Shown one piece after another: positions 40,202-50,348 of a stretch of 64,000 bases of DNA. Both the position numbers and the translations under genes were made by a program. Location: contig CAXXLX010000001.1 in NCBI GenBank assembly GCA_963665235.2, positions 2,624,001-2,688,000 on the forward strand, given 5' to 3'. The DNA is from Candidatus Poribacteria bacterium (GTDB lineage Bacteria; Poribacteria; WGA-4E; WGA-3G). The notes beneath the pieces are model-generated. The model searched no databases, was not told where the DNA came from, and saw only the letters and a program-made list of their open reading frames with translations. How positions within the stretch are numbered: the first letter of the stretch is position 1; every line of letters starts with the position of its first letter.

Positions 40202-40332
40202 CTATATCCGCTGTCTGAGCTGCCAATTCAAACGTTTGGTTGCATGCGATTTGGAACTGCACAACATGCCAAACAACATCCGAACCCATCCGTGCTTAAC
40301 CAGCTACGTGATGCGTCCTAAATGAGGTAAGT

Positions 40333-41391
40333 ATGAGTATCAAACTCAAGGACATCTGTGAACACCTGGGTGGCGAACTCTCCGGAGATGGTGCTATTGA
40401 GATTACTGGAATTGCTGGAATTAAAGAGGCTACCCCTAATCAGATTACCTTCGTCGCTAACGCAAAGTATTTGTCTGACATAGCTACGACACAAGCGTCA
40501 GCAATTATCATCGGTCCCGGCGTGTCCGGTAACGGCAAACCGACGATTTGTGTTGAGAACCCGTACTGGGGTTTTGTCAAGGTTGTAGAACTATTCGCTC
40601 GGGATAAAGGGCAACAGCTGCAACCGGGTATCCATGAAACCGCCATTTTAGGGGAGAACGTTAAAATCGGGGAAAGAGTCACAATTCAAGCCCTTAGCGT
40701 CATCGCGGATAACGTCGAGATTGGGGATGATACCGTTATCTACCCGTTCGTCTATATCGGTGCTCGGAGTAAAATAGGAGATAATGGGTTAATCTATCCA
40801 CACGTGAGTATTCGGGAGGACGTGACTATCGGAGCGCGCGTCATCATTCACAGTGGTGCGGTCATCGGAAGTGATGGATTCGGATTCACGCCTCACCCTG
40901 AAACCCACAGCCCCTACAAAATTCCCCAAATTGGTACAGTTGTTATTGAGGACGATGTCGAAATTGGGGCGAATACCACAATTGACAGAGCGACACTTGC
41001 CGAAACGCTTATAAAACGGGGAACAAAACTCGATAATCTTGTTCAAGTTGCACATAACGTTGTTATCGGCGAGGACTGTTGCATCGCTGCGCTTGCTGGG
41101 CTTGCCGGAAGCACGACATTAGGCGACCGTGTAAATGTGGCTGGACAGGCAGGGGCAGTCGGACATCTAACCCTCGGCTCGGATAGTGTGCTTTATGCCA
41201 AATCCGGCGTAACGAAGGATATGCCCCCCGGAAGCCACCTCTTCGGCTTCCCCGCCCGCACACATAAACAGGAATTGCGCATTCACGCCTCCACCCGAAA
41301 ACTCCCTGAACTGCTAACTGAATTCAACAAACTCCAAAAGCAGGTTCAAGAACTTGAGGAAAAACTACAAAAATTAGAGAAGACCTCGTAG
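40333..41391 (+). CDS. lpxD: UDP-3-O-acyl-glucosamine N-acyltransferase
   Basis: IGSDGFGF, EIGANTTIDRA, KLDNLVQVAHNV, hexapeptide repeats. Confidence 0.96.
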   Translation: MSIKLKDICEHLGGELSGDGAIEITGIAGIKEATPNQITFVANAKYLSDIATTQASAIIIGPGVSGNGKPTICVENPYWGFVKVVELFARDKGQQLQPGIHETAILGENVKIGERVTIQALSVIADNVEIGDDTVIYPFVYIGARSKIGDNGLIYPHVSIREDVTIGARVIIHSGAVIGSDGFGFTPHPETHSPYKIPQIGTVVIEDDVEIGANTTIDRATLAETLIKRGTKLDNLVQVAHNVVIGEDCCIAALAGLAGSTTLGDRVNVAGQAGAVGHLTLGSDSVLYAKSGVTKDMPPGSHLFGFPARTHKQELRIHASTRKLPELLTEFNKLQKQVQELEEKLQKLEKTS

Positions 41392-41430
41392 CAGCACCGA
41401 GACCTTAGCGGACACGTAAGGAGCAGAGAA

Positions 41431-42276
41431 TTGAAAACTTTGTTCGCCTATATAGAGCTCGCGCGCCCGCTTAACGGACTTATCGCCTTTATTTCCGGAT
41501 GGTTAGGCGGGATGTTCGCAAGCAAACACCCCCTGGAAGACTTGGCTAATCCGAAACTTTTGTTGGTTGCAAGTGCTGCATGGATATTGCTCTCCGCTGG
41601 AAACACAATAAACGACTACTGTGATTACAACATCGATAGGGTCAACAGACCTGAACGTCCCCTCCCCTCCGGACGAATTCCGAAACGAAACGCACCGATT
41701 TTCACTGTAATCCTGCTCGGAATCGGCATTGTCCTCGGTACACTTATCGGTACTTGGGCAATAGTCTTTGCGCTTCTCGTATCTGGTAGTGTCGTCAGTT
41801 ATGCTTTCTATTTGAAACGTGTCCCCTTCATCGGAAATATAGTTGTCAGTGGGTTGACCGGTGTAACCTTCATCGCTGGTGGAATGGCGGTGGATTCGGT
41901 GGAGGGTGCCCTTATTCCGGCGACCTTTGCGTTCCTATTCACAACGGCGCGGGAGATTGTTAAAGACCTTGAGGATACGGAGGGGGACCGGAGGCATAAC
42001 GTTAAAACGCTTGCTATTCTGAACCCGCGGCTTGCAGTCGGAGTAGCGTTGGGGTTCATGGCAGCGGTTATCCTATTTAGTCCTATCCCGTATCTATTTG
42101 GATGGTATTCGTGGTACTATTTTGTGGCAATTGCACTCGGTGTTGACCTTGTGCTTATCGGTTTAGGCATTCGTCTCTGGCGAAACAGCGCAAAGGCGAG
42201 CTGCGCGTCTATACAGTGCTGGATGAAGTGGGACATATTTGTCGGGCTTGGAGCAATCTATCTAGGGACTTTTTAG
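41431..42276 (+). CDS. UbiA prenyltransferase, DGGGP-synthase-like subfamily
   Basis: RPLN, NDYCDYNIDRVNRPERPLPSG, REIVKDLEDTEGD. Confidence 0.85.
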   Translation: MKTLFAYIELARPLNGLIAFISGWLGGMFASKHPLEDLANPKLLLVASAAWILLSAGNTINDYCDYNIDRVNRPERPLPSGRIPKRNAPIFTVILLGIGIVLGTLIGTWAIVFALLVSGSVVSYAFYLKRVPFIGNIVVSGLTGVTFIAGGMAVDSVEGALIPATFAFLFTTAREIVKDLEDTEGDRRHNVKTLAILNPRLAVGVALGFMAAVILFSPIPYLFGWYSWYYFVAIALGVDLVLIGLGIRLWRNSAKASCASIQCWMKWDIFVGLGAIYLGTF

Positions 42277-42281
42277 CTCGG

Positions 42282-43232
42282 CTACAAAAACTGCTCAATT
42301 TCAGCAGGGGTTGGCAGCGAGGGGATTACACCGACCTTCTGGGTTGCTAACGCCCCGGCAGCATTTGCATACCGCATAATTTCGTCGAGCTCCGCTGTGT
42401 CAAGCGTCTGGAGGGATTCATGGCGTATCAGTTGGGAGAGCATTGCAGCGACGAACGCATCGCCTGCCCCAAGTGTATCAACAACGTCAACGCGGAACCC
42501 CTCGACATGCGCCTCAGCAGTGCCGTTTGTATAGTAGCATCCATGCTCCCCAAGCGTGACGACAAGCAGGGTTATGCCGAGGTCGAGGATACGTTCAACC
42601 CCAGGTGCCAGGGCAGAATCGCCTGTGATAAATTCCCATTCCTCTTCCGATATTTTGACAACGTCAGCATAGTGCATCACTTCCCAAATCCAATGTTTGG
42701 CATCGTCAGCATTGTCCCAGAGCATCAATCGCAAATTGGGGTCGTAGGAGATGAACGCGCCGCCGGCTTTGGCGCACTGAATGGCTTTGAGCGTTGCCTC
42801 ACGAGTCGGTGAATGACTTAAACTAACAGAACCGTAGTGGAAGAGCTCCGCGGCTCGGATATAGTCCGCATCAATTTCGTCCGGTGTGAGTAGAATGTCG
42901 GCTCCTGGGTGTCGATAGAAGGTGATATCCTTCATGCCATCAGAGCGGGTGGCAACGAAGGCTAAGGTGGTCCGAGCCCCTTCTCCCGCGATGAGGTATG
43001 TGGTATCAACGTCGTTCTGTTGAAGGGTTTCTCGGAGAAAGTCGCCAAACGGCTCGGTGCCGACTTTACCGATAAATCCAGCATCTATGCCGAGTTTGGC
43101 TAGGCCAACGGCAACATTCGCGGGCGCGCCACCGGGGGCTTTGACAAATCCGGGGGCTTCTGCCAGTGTTACATCAGGCGTTGTGGAGACAAAATCGATG
43201 AGAAGTTCACCGATACATAAGGCTTTTGGCAT
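42282..43232 (-). CDS. PfkB-family carbohydrate kinase (fructokinase-like)
   Basis: GGAPANVAVG, YDPNLR, DTLGAGDAF. Confidence 0.93.
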   Translation of the reverse strand: MPKALCIGELLIDFVSTTPDVTLAEAPGFVKAPGGAPANVAVGLAKLGIDAGFIGKVGTEPFGDFLRETLQQNDVDTTYLIAGEGARTTLAFVATRSDGMKDITFYRHPGADILLTPDEIDADYIRAAELFHYGSVSLSHSPTREATLKAIQCAKAGGAFISYDPNLRLMLWDNADDAKHWIWEVMHYADVVKISEEEWEFITGDSALAPGVERILDLGITLLVVTLGEHGCYYTNGTAEAHVEGFRVDVVDTLGAGDAFVAAMLSQLIRHESLQTLDTAELDEIMRYANAAGALATQKVGVIPSLPTPAEIEQFL

Positions 43233-43298
43233 GACGGTTTATTCCTGTTATAATTTTCAAAAAATAGACGGGTATCACAACGATACCTTTCTCAGCTG

Positions 43299-44366
43299 CT
43301 ACTCACTGACAGGTTGCTTCAACGTTCCCCACGTTACTTTTTTTTTGCCTACGGGTGAGACCCATAGCAAATCATCGTCTATCCAATCTAATAGATTAGT
43401 CGTGCCTAAATGGTCTGTTAGCGGCGTAATCTTCTCTGTCCGAATACGATACTTATAGATTTTGGCAGGTGGAAACACAAAACCGCGCCATAGCGGTTTG
43501 TTCAAGGGAATGTCGACCTGAGCACCGAAAACGATGGATTTACCATCATCCATCCAGTCCATACCGGCTCCTCTCCAGTCCTCCGGTATTTGGAGTTCTC
43601 TGATGTTCTCACCGTTCAAATCACATATCATATACCGAAACGCCCTAAAAAAAGGAAAGTTCCCTTCATTCGGTATTAGCACGCGTTTATACTCTTCTTC
43701 TTGAAACAGTATCTGTTTACCGTCGGGGGACCAGCGCGGTCTCAATCTATGAATCGCGAATTCTTCTTGAATGGGTGCGGGAAGAAGGGGGCGCGGGTTC
43801 CGACCATCTGAACGCATAATCCAGATTGTGCTATTTTTGCTGAATCCTCTCGGTTTTGCGAATACAATATGCTTACCATCTGGCGACCAATTGCATTGGA
43901 TACCCCATTCATCCGATATTTTTCTCATCTTTCCTGTTTTTATATTTAACACGTAGATGCCGACTTCTAACGCGTCGTTTATCAGCATGCTCCTTTTAAA
44001 GACGATATATTTGCCATCCGGTGAAAATGAACCCCCATTGATAGAACCCATTTCATCGTCCTCTATTGGGAGCTGTCGAACGTTCGTGCCATCCGCATTC
44101 ATTAGAAATAGGCCAGCGACTCCCTGCTTGATGCGTCCCTTAAACAGTATCTGTTTACCGTCGGGGGACCAATAAAGGGGGAATGGTCTCGACACTTCGT
44201 TTTCTAAGATAAGTGTCTGGTTGCTGCCATCATCGTCCATAACGTAGATACCATAAACACCAACACCATCGCGTTGTGAGCCAAAAACGATTTTGGCATC
44301 TGCTACTGTTGATAGAAGCAGCAGTCCTATCAGACAAAGCAAACCGACAACTTTTCGTCCAAGCAT
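43299..44366 (-). CDS. Secreted TolB-like (PD40) beta-propeller protein
   Basis: Signal peptide; WSPDGK repeats; C-terminal W-K motif. Confidence 0.88.
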   Translation of the reverse strand: MLGRKVVGLLCLIGLLLLSTVADAKIVFGSQRDGVGVYGIYVMDDDGSNQTLILENEVSRPFPLYWSPDGKQILFKGRIKQGVAGLFLMNADGTNVRQLPIEDDEMGSINGGSFSPDGKYIVFKRSMLINDALEVGIYVLNIKTGKMRKISDEWGIQCNWSPDGKHIVFAKPRGFSKNSTIWIMRSDGRNPRPLLPAPIQEEFAIHRLRPRWSPDGKQILFQEEEYKRVLIPNEGNFPFFRAFRYMICDLNGENIRELQIPEDWRGAGMDWMDDGKSIVFGAQVDIPLNKPLWRGFVFPPAKIYKYRIRTEKITPLTDHLGTTNLLDWIDDDLLWVSPVGKKKVTWGTLKQPVSE

Positions 44367-44380
44367 AGCGAACCTCCTTG

Positions 44381-44411
44381 AAAAAAATGGCAGGGGAACG
44401 TGTTCCCCGCC
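44381..44411 (-). terminator. Intrinsic terminator
   Basis: GGCGGGGAAC-ac-GTTCCCCTGCC then T7 on minus strand. Confidence 0.7.
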
Positions 44412-44422
44412 GTTACAACAGA

Positions 44423-45292
44423 TTACGGTTTTGGATTGTCTTCATCAGTAAACGTAATAATAAAAGGAACCGAATCCACGTGCCTGTCGTCCTGCCCCGT
44501 TTCGAGGTGGATGTGAGCATTCAAATAATACTCGTCATCCGGGCCGATCGGTCCTCCGACGAAATAATCTGTCATGGAATTGGAGTAGGCATAATAGGTC
44601 GAATCGTATTTCGGATCGCCAGTCCGAATTGTTTTGGAGGGGCCATTACTTATTCGTTTCCACCCAGTGGGTTTGGCCTGTTTGCCGTTTCCATCGTATT
44701 CCGTATGTCGGAACCAGGATTCGCATTGAATGCCTGTATTGGTTGGGTTACTTGCATGGACATACCCATCCATGATGATATTCGTGCCATCAAAGTAATG
44801 GCCTGTGAGTGCTACATAGCCGTAGACACCGGGATGTAGTATTATCCCGTTATTTCCGGTTACAGCGCTGGTAGATATAGGTTTATAGACCGTAAAATTG
44901 TAGGTTTCACTGTCTGCATGTAAAATAACCCGCCCTAGCGGGAAAGCGACTGCTTTTATCTTATACTTTTTGCCTTTTAGGTTGCCGGGTAAATTGGAAA
45001 AACTGAAATAATCTTCGGTTTTGGTACCATCCCCCTCACTTCTACCTTCAAGAACATTGTCAACATACCAGAGGATAAAAGCATATGGTTTATCTGTTCT
45101 GATATAGAAAGTGAAGTACGGATCGCCGTAATCGTATTCTGTGGTTGTTCCGTTGTAAGACCGCAGTTCTTCAATTTCGATCGGTTCCCCGATGGGACCC
45201 AATGCCCCGATGGCATCATTGATACCGACAAAACCTATTAGTAGGAATGCAGCGAATACTACTGCGATTGTAAAGGTCTTATATTTCAACAT
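44423..45292 (-). CDS. Hypothetical secreted beta-rich protein
   Basis: RBS AAGGAG; signal-peptide-like N-terminus; no family recognised. Confidence 0.75.
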   Translation of the reverse strand: MLKYKTFTIAVVFAAFLLIGFVGINDAIGALGPIGEPIEIEELRSYNGTTTEYDYGDPYFTFYIRTDKPYAFILWYVDNVLEGRSEGDGTKTEDYFSFSNLPGNLKGKKYKIKAVAFPLGRVILHADSETYNFTVYKPISTSAVTGNNGIILHPGVYGYVALTGHYFDGTNIIMDGYVHASNPTNTGIQCESWFRHTEYDGNGKQAKPTGWKRISNGPSKTIRTGDPKYDSTYYAYSNSMTDYFVGGPIGPDDEYYLNAHIHLETGQDDRHVDSVPFIITFTDEDNPKP

Positions 45293-45463
45293 TTTGCGCT
45301 CCTTTATATTTATCAAATTTTTTCTATTTGCCGTTTGTAACAAGTGAACTATTGTTAATCGGGAGCACCATAGGTTGGAGCACCCTGGCTACCAAATCAA
45401 TATGCTCTAAATAAACGTTGAGGAGAGATTCATCTTGAAAGTATTGTTTTGGTGGTTATTGGT

Positions 45464-45491
45464 ATTATACCTTTTTTGACTTTTTTGTCAA
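45464..45491 (-). promoter_or_regulatory. sigma70 promoter
   Basis: TTGACA-16-TATAAT. Confidence 0.7.
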
Positions 45492-45537
45492 GATTTTTTT
45501 GTAAATTGTCGAGTTCTTACGGTCTTTCGTCAAAAAG

Positions 45538-45772
45538 TCGCGAGCACAGCTCGCTCCTACAGATTATTATAGTAGAGCCTGTAATTATTTGCACACGCGG
45601 TTGGTATCACGCGGGCTGGGGAACCCAGCCCCTACGAGTAATTATTTAGACCCACGTTGGCATCGCTATCATGGCGTGTTCACATATTTTCAAAATTTAC
45701 TATATATCGCGAGCACAACTCGCTCCTACAGATTATTATATCGCGAGCGAAGCTCGCTCCTACAGAAGACAT
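45538..45772 (-). repeat. Cluster of GTAG REP hairpins
   Basis: TCGCGAGC..GCTCGCTCCTACAGA at ~45538, 45707, 45741; GGGCTGGGGAACCCAGCCCCTAC at ~45613. Confidence 0.85.
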
Positions 45773-45807
45773 GTCACTAGCCCAGATGAACTACGTTATG
45801 AACGGTA

Positions 45808-46887
45808 TCAAAATGTAGTCCGCAAAGTTTGGGCTTTGCCCGTCTCGGCTGAGCGGTACCCTGCATCGAAAATCTCTATGACATGCCGTGCATGTTCGGC
45901 TGTAACGATAGTCGGTTTATCCTCCCGGATCCAGTCAACAAGCTGCATAATGTCTTCGAACACATGCGCTTCCTGAATGCTGCGGTGCGGTCCCACGACG
46001 TGAGGCAGTTCTCTTTTGGGTGCGTGAATCGGTTTTCCGTTGAGGGTACTGCCCTCAATCGCGCCCGCTGTTCCGTGAATTGCTAACCCCCCTTTGATAG
46101 CGTGTCCCGCCGCCGCACCGTAGATGAACCCAAAGAAGGCTTCACCGAAGTCAAGCAAAATAAAGGTGTTGTCGTCCATGTCGCAGGGAAGCATTTCGCC
46201 TCGGAATTCCCGTTCCTTGACGCGCACGCCAGAGAAAGCGGTCACCCGTTTCACGGGGCCAAGGATGCCTGTCATTGTATGCAAACCGTAGACCGTCATG
46301 TCGTAGAGGGGGCCGCCGCCGGGTTTTCGGAAATACCATGCGGGGTTGATGTTTGTGAGGACATCGTCGCCGTGCCGGACCGCTTCGCTTTCGTGATACC
46401 GTCCGAAGGATGCACCGGTGGCTGCCCAGGTCGGTGTCCCAATTGCGCCCTCATTGATAACCCTCCGAATTTCTTGATGAATTGGACGCAACATTTGCCC
46501 GGGGGAGGCGACTAATTTGACTCCCTTCTGTGCTGCGGATTCAATGAGGTCATCGGCTTCAGCGACGGTGGTTGTCATCGTTTTGTTGAAATGTGCATGT
46601 ACGCCGTGTTCAATAGCAAGTTTACCCTGTTCGTAATGGAGTCCGATCGGTGATGCAATGCTGACAGCGTCAACATGCCCATCTGCCAAGAGTGCTTCGT
46701 AAGTTTCGTAGGCGTACGGGACGTTGAATTTTTCAGATGCGGCTTGTGCCCTGCCGGGGACAGGGTCACAGACAGCTGTTACCCGTAACCTATCCTGCAC
46801 GTCGTCCTGTGTGAGGTGCGGAAGGATGCCGCGTACGGCAATGCTCCCGACACCGATAACGCCTATACGTATTTTGTCGGTTGCCAC
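45808..46887 (-). CDS. Gfo/Idh/MocA oxidoreductase
   Basis: IRIGVIGVGSIA, VDAVSIASP..LH, GGGPLYDMTVY. Confidence 0.9.
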   Translation of the reverse strand: MATDKIRIGVIGVGSIAVRGILPHLTQDDVQDRLRVTAVCDPVPGRAQAASEKFNVPYAYETYEALLADGHVDAVSIASPIGLHYEQGKLAIEHGVHAHFNKTMTTTVAEADDLIESAAQKGVKLVASPGQMLRPIHQEIRRVINEGAIGTPTWAATGASFGRYHESEAVRHGDDVLTNINPAWYFRKPGGGPLYDMTVYGLHTMTGILGPVKRVTAFSGVRVKEREFRGEMLPCDMDDNTFILLDFGEAFFGFIYGAAAGHAIKGGLAIHGTAGAIEGSTLNGKPIHAPKRELPHVVGPHRSIQEAHVFEDIMQLVDWIREDKPTIVTAEHARHVIEIFDAGYRSAETGKAQTLRTTF

Positions 46888-46917
46888 AATATTTCCTCCA
46901 AAGGGTCTGAAGATGTA

Positions 46918-47802
46918 TTAGTGCCGCCACGATGTTTCATGTTGCCACCCGACAGCGTTTTTGAGTTTGTCACAATTGATGAAGGATTGATGTCCCTGCA
47001 GCGTTCGGACTTTCGGAAGAAATTCCGGTTTAAAACGTTGAACCAATTCTTGAGAGGGCTCCAACGCGGAGGTATCGTCAGCGTTGAGAAAATAGACATC
47101 GTGCGGGGGTAGTGTATCTGCCTTTTCCATAAGGAGACGATGTGCACTGGCGACATCTTCACTGCCGACCCAACACCAGAGCCACGGTGTCCACCCGTTT
47201 GTCGGTTTTGCGTTTTGTGCCATCTGCGTTCTACGTTCCTCTGGGCAAATTCCAGCGGGCCGAGTGATGTACGTGCGGATACCGTAAGCACGTGTATAAC
47301 TTGCTAATAGGTCTTCACCGCAGCGTTTGGAAAAGCTGTAGGAATCTTCCGGATAGCAGGGATGTTCTTCATCTATAGGCAGATAATCTATCGGTATATG
47401 GGTTTTGCTTATGCGGAATCCGTGTCCTAAGGCGCAATTACTGCCGGACATTACAACCGTTTGAACATCGGCTTCAATTGCTGCTTGCATCAGGTAGTAG
47501 GTGCCGAGCATATTGGTTTTGAAGGTTGCATCGAAGCGGATACCCCGCTCTTCGGCCCCTGCGCGTAAATCTGGGTGGTCGACAGGCCCCGGCTGTGCGC
47601 CGAGGTGTTGTATTGCGTCTACGCCTTCTACAGCGCGTTGGCAGTCCTCAAAATTGTTGAGGTCGCCTTGAATGAATGGCAGGTGTGCAAATTCATCGGG
47701 GGGTTGCCTGCGAGACATCAGCACAAGCGTGTGCTGCGCCGCCAGTTCCCGAATGACAAACGCGCCGAGTCTGCCGCTTGCACCCGTTATTAAAACTTTC
47801 AT
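46918..47802 (-). CDS. NAD-dependent epimerase/dehydratase-family oxidoreductase
   Basis: TGASGRLG, YSFSK. Confidence 0.9.
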   Translation of the reverse strand: MKVLITGASGRLGAFVIRELAAQHTLVLMSRRQPPDEFAHLPFIQGDLNNFEDCQRAVEGVDAIQHLGAQPGPVDHPDLRAGAEERGIRFDATFKTNMLGTYYLMQAAIEADVQTVVMSGSNCALGHGFRISKTHIPIDYLPIDEEHPCYPEDSYSFSKRCGEDLLASYTRAYGIRTYITRPAGICPEERRTQMAQNAKPTNGWTPWLWCWVGSEDVASAHRLLMEKADTLPPHDVYFLNADDTSALEPSQELVQRFKPEFLPKVRTLQGHQSFINCDKLKNAVGWQHETSWRH

Positions 47803-48064
47803 GAAAAACCTCCGATTTCAAATCCTGAACAATGGTCATGTTGAATTCAATTGACAGATGTTGCAATATCGTTTATTATTTTGTATGGTTAATGGTTGTT
47901 GGAAACCTATGGAAACCAGAAGTCTCTGACGCGTGTCAAGAACCTGCTTAGAATCACAACATCTTGCTAATAGCCAATAGCCAATAGCCATTTGCTAATA
48001 AATATTATACCACTGTTGCAAATTTTGTCAAGCAAATTGAGAAGCACTGGAGGAGAAAACGCTT

Positions 48065-49108
48065 ATGTATAATGCAGATACACATTTTGAGAATTTATAT
48101 GCCACTGTTCCACGGAAATATGAGTTTCAGGAAACGTCACGGGAAGGGTTGCTGGCGTGGCAAGCCAATTTTCGTCCGGAATTGCAAGCGGCCCTCGGTT
48201 TGGATAACATGGAATCTGATCTTGCTGGGTATGTCCCAAAAGCGGACCGGCTGGAGGTCTTGGACCTGGACACCCATATTCGGGAAAGTTGGTATTTGTG
48301 GGTGGAGCCAACGGTGCCGCTGCCGTTCTACCTGCTTCGTCCAAAAGAAATTTCGGGAGCTCAGCCGCTAATTCTTACGCCACATGGGCATAATCATCCG
48401 CATATCTACGTGGGTATTGCGCATTCTGAAAAAGAGGAAAAGGAGATGCTGGAGGGTGAACGCGATATTGCCCGGCAGGCAGCCGTTGAGGAGGGGTATA
48501 TCGCTATCGCGCCAACGACCCGCGCATTCGGTGAAACACGCACAGAAGCCGATAAGAAAAATAGTAGCACACACTCCTGCCGACACCAGTTAGTGCATAG
48601 CTTGCTTGTCGGTCGGACACCTATCGGTGAGCGGGTGTGGGACATGTCACGCCTAATTGATTGGGCATTGGAGAATTTACCGATAGATGGAGAACGGATT
48701 GCGATTACTGGCAATTCTGGGGGCGGCACGGTATCGCTTTTCGCTGCAGCGTGTGAAACCCGCATCGCCGTAGCCGTGCCGAGCTGTTATTTCTGTACGT
48801 TTGAAGGGAGTATCGGCACGCTTCGGCATTGTGAGTGCAATTATGTGCCTGGGGTAATGCGATTAGGTGAGATGTATGATGTTGCAGGCTTAATCGCGCC
48901 GCGTCCATTTTGTGCAATTGCCGGCCGAGATGATCGAATTTTTCCGATTGAGCAGGTCAAATTGGCTTATGAACGGTTGAAGACTATCTACACGGTTGCC
49001 GGTGTTCCAGCGGATTGTGAGCTCTTTATCGGTCAAAGTGGACATCGGTATTACAAAGCGGGGGCATGGCCCTTCGTGCGGCGATATTTTGCCAAACCTG
49101 AAGAGTAA
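48065..49108 (+). CDS. Alpha/beta hydrolase (dienelactone hydrolase-like)
   Basis: HGH, GNSGGG nucleophile elbow, IAPRP, GH. Confidence 0.88.
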   Translation: MYNADTHFENLYATVPRKYEFQETSREGLLAWQANFRPELQAALGLDNMESDLAGYVPKADRLEVLDLDTHIRESWYLWVEPTVPLPFYLLRPKEISGAQPLILTPHGHNHPHIYVGIAHSEKEEKEMLEGERDIARQAAVEEGYIAIAPTTRAFGETRTEADKKNSSTHSCRHQLVHSLLVGRTPIGERVWDMSRLIDWALENLPIDGERIAITGNSGGGTVSLFAAACETRIAVAVPSCYFCTFEGSIGTLRHCECNYVPGVMRLGEMYDVAGLIAPRPFCAIAGRDDRIFPIEQVKLAYERLKTIYTVAGVPADCELFIGQSGHRYYKAGAWPFVRRYFAKPEE

Positions 49109-49109
49109 G

Positions 49110-49922
49110 CTAACGCAACCGGATTATAGGAATGCCACCAAAGGCGCGCACAACTGTGCCACTACTGATAAATTCGGAGGGTTCGGCAAGGACGTTGATT
49201 TGGACAGGTAACGCTTCACAGGCGCGGAGAATCTGTGGGACAGTGTCAGACAGGACGATGAAAAGCACGTCAAGCCGGTGCGTTTGTACAAGTTGACGTA
49301 CCTCATCAATTCGTCCAAGGTGAACGGTGTCGCTGTGTTGTGTTTCGACTTCAGGCCGGTCAGCAATTATTCCTACCAATTGATATCCGCTGTTTTCATT
49401 GACGTTGAAGCTATGGATGAACGTTTCCATGTGTGCCTCATCATCCTCTGGCGGATTTGCATTGCAAATAAGGGCTACGCGGCTTATGCCGACTCCTATC
49501 GCGTGGATTGCCTGCCGAAAACGGTGCAGGGAAAGCCGCCCTAAGGATATCGAGAAAAGACTCAAAGCGGTAGCAAGAAGCATCACTACACGGGAATAGT
49601 CATCTTGGGGGAAGATGAGAGAGAACGCGCCTAACGTTATAAGGAGCGTGATGCCCGCAGCTTTACAGCGGGACCAGAATGCAGCAGCAGTCGCATAGTC
49701 CTCCGGACGATAACGTTTCAAAGCTAGTAATACCCCAAACCAGATAATTGCCATCAACGGGATAAGTTTGAAATAGATTTCAAGCGAGGGGGTGGTATCG
49801 TCAGGCGATGTGGTTGTTTCAAACCGGAGCCAATATGCCACTAGAGTTGAGGTGGCGATGAAACCGACATCGAATAAAACTGTGAGTGTGATAAGGAGAC
49901 GGTCGAGCGTTTTTGTATTCAT
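49110..49922 (-). CDS. N-terminal half of a WcaJ-like polyprenyl sugar phosphotransferase, catalytic domain absent
   Basis: 4 TM helices, AYWLRF, CoA-binding-like domain; ends at GGIPIIRLR where the Bac_transf domain normally begins. Confidence 0.7.
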   Translation of the reverse strand: MNTKTLDRLLITLTVLFDVGFIATSTLVAYWLRFETTTSPDDTTPSLEIYFKLIPLMAIIWFGVLLALKRYRPEDYATAAAFWSRCKAAGITLLITLGAFSLIFPQDDYSRVVMLLATALSLFSISLGRLSLHRFRQAIHAIGVGISRVALICNANPPEDDEAHMETFIHSFNVNENSGYQLVGIIADRPEVETQHSDTVHLGRIDEVRQLVQTHRLDVLFIVLSDTVPQILRACEALPVQINVLAEPSEFISSGTVVRAFGGIPIIRLR

Positions 49923-50013
49923 TATCCGGGACATCACGATGTTTTTACAATCAAAAGTTGATGACATATTAGCAGATTTAGGAAGGATTTGTCAAGAAAA
50001 AAAATGGAGGGTC

Positions 50014-50276
50014 GGGCGCGTGAAGTTTTTGTACTATGATAGATGGAAGGGTGGAAGGGTGGAAGAGTGGAAGAGTGGAAGGGTGGAAGAGTGGAAGGGT
50101 GGAAGAGAGGATTTTGCGTGTGTTGTCAGAATGCACGTCGCATTTGGGGGAGTACGCCGCAAATCGCGGATTATCGCGGATTTCACGAATTTCGCGCGAC
50201 GGGCGATGAATCTCCCTTGAGGAGCGGGAAACCGTTTGCCCGAATACTAAATGGGTGTGCAAAAATTTTACACACC
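50014..50276. mobile_element. Degenerate TIR-bounded repeat composite
   Basis: Inverted GGxGxGTxAAxTTTTTGxAC ends around GGAAGRGT run and ~60-bp element; no target duplication seen. Confidence 0.55.
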
Positions 50277-50348
50277 TCGCGTGTGTTGATAAATTATGGT
50301 TGATGTGGTATGCTATGGCTATCAACTTTTGTAGCGGAGGATTACATT

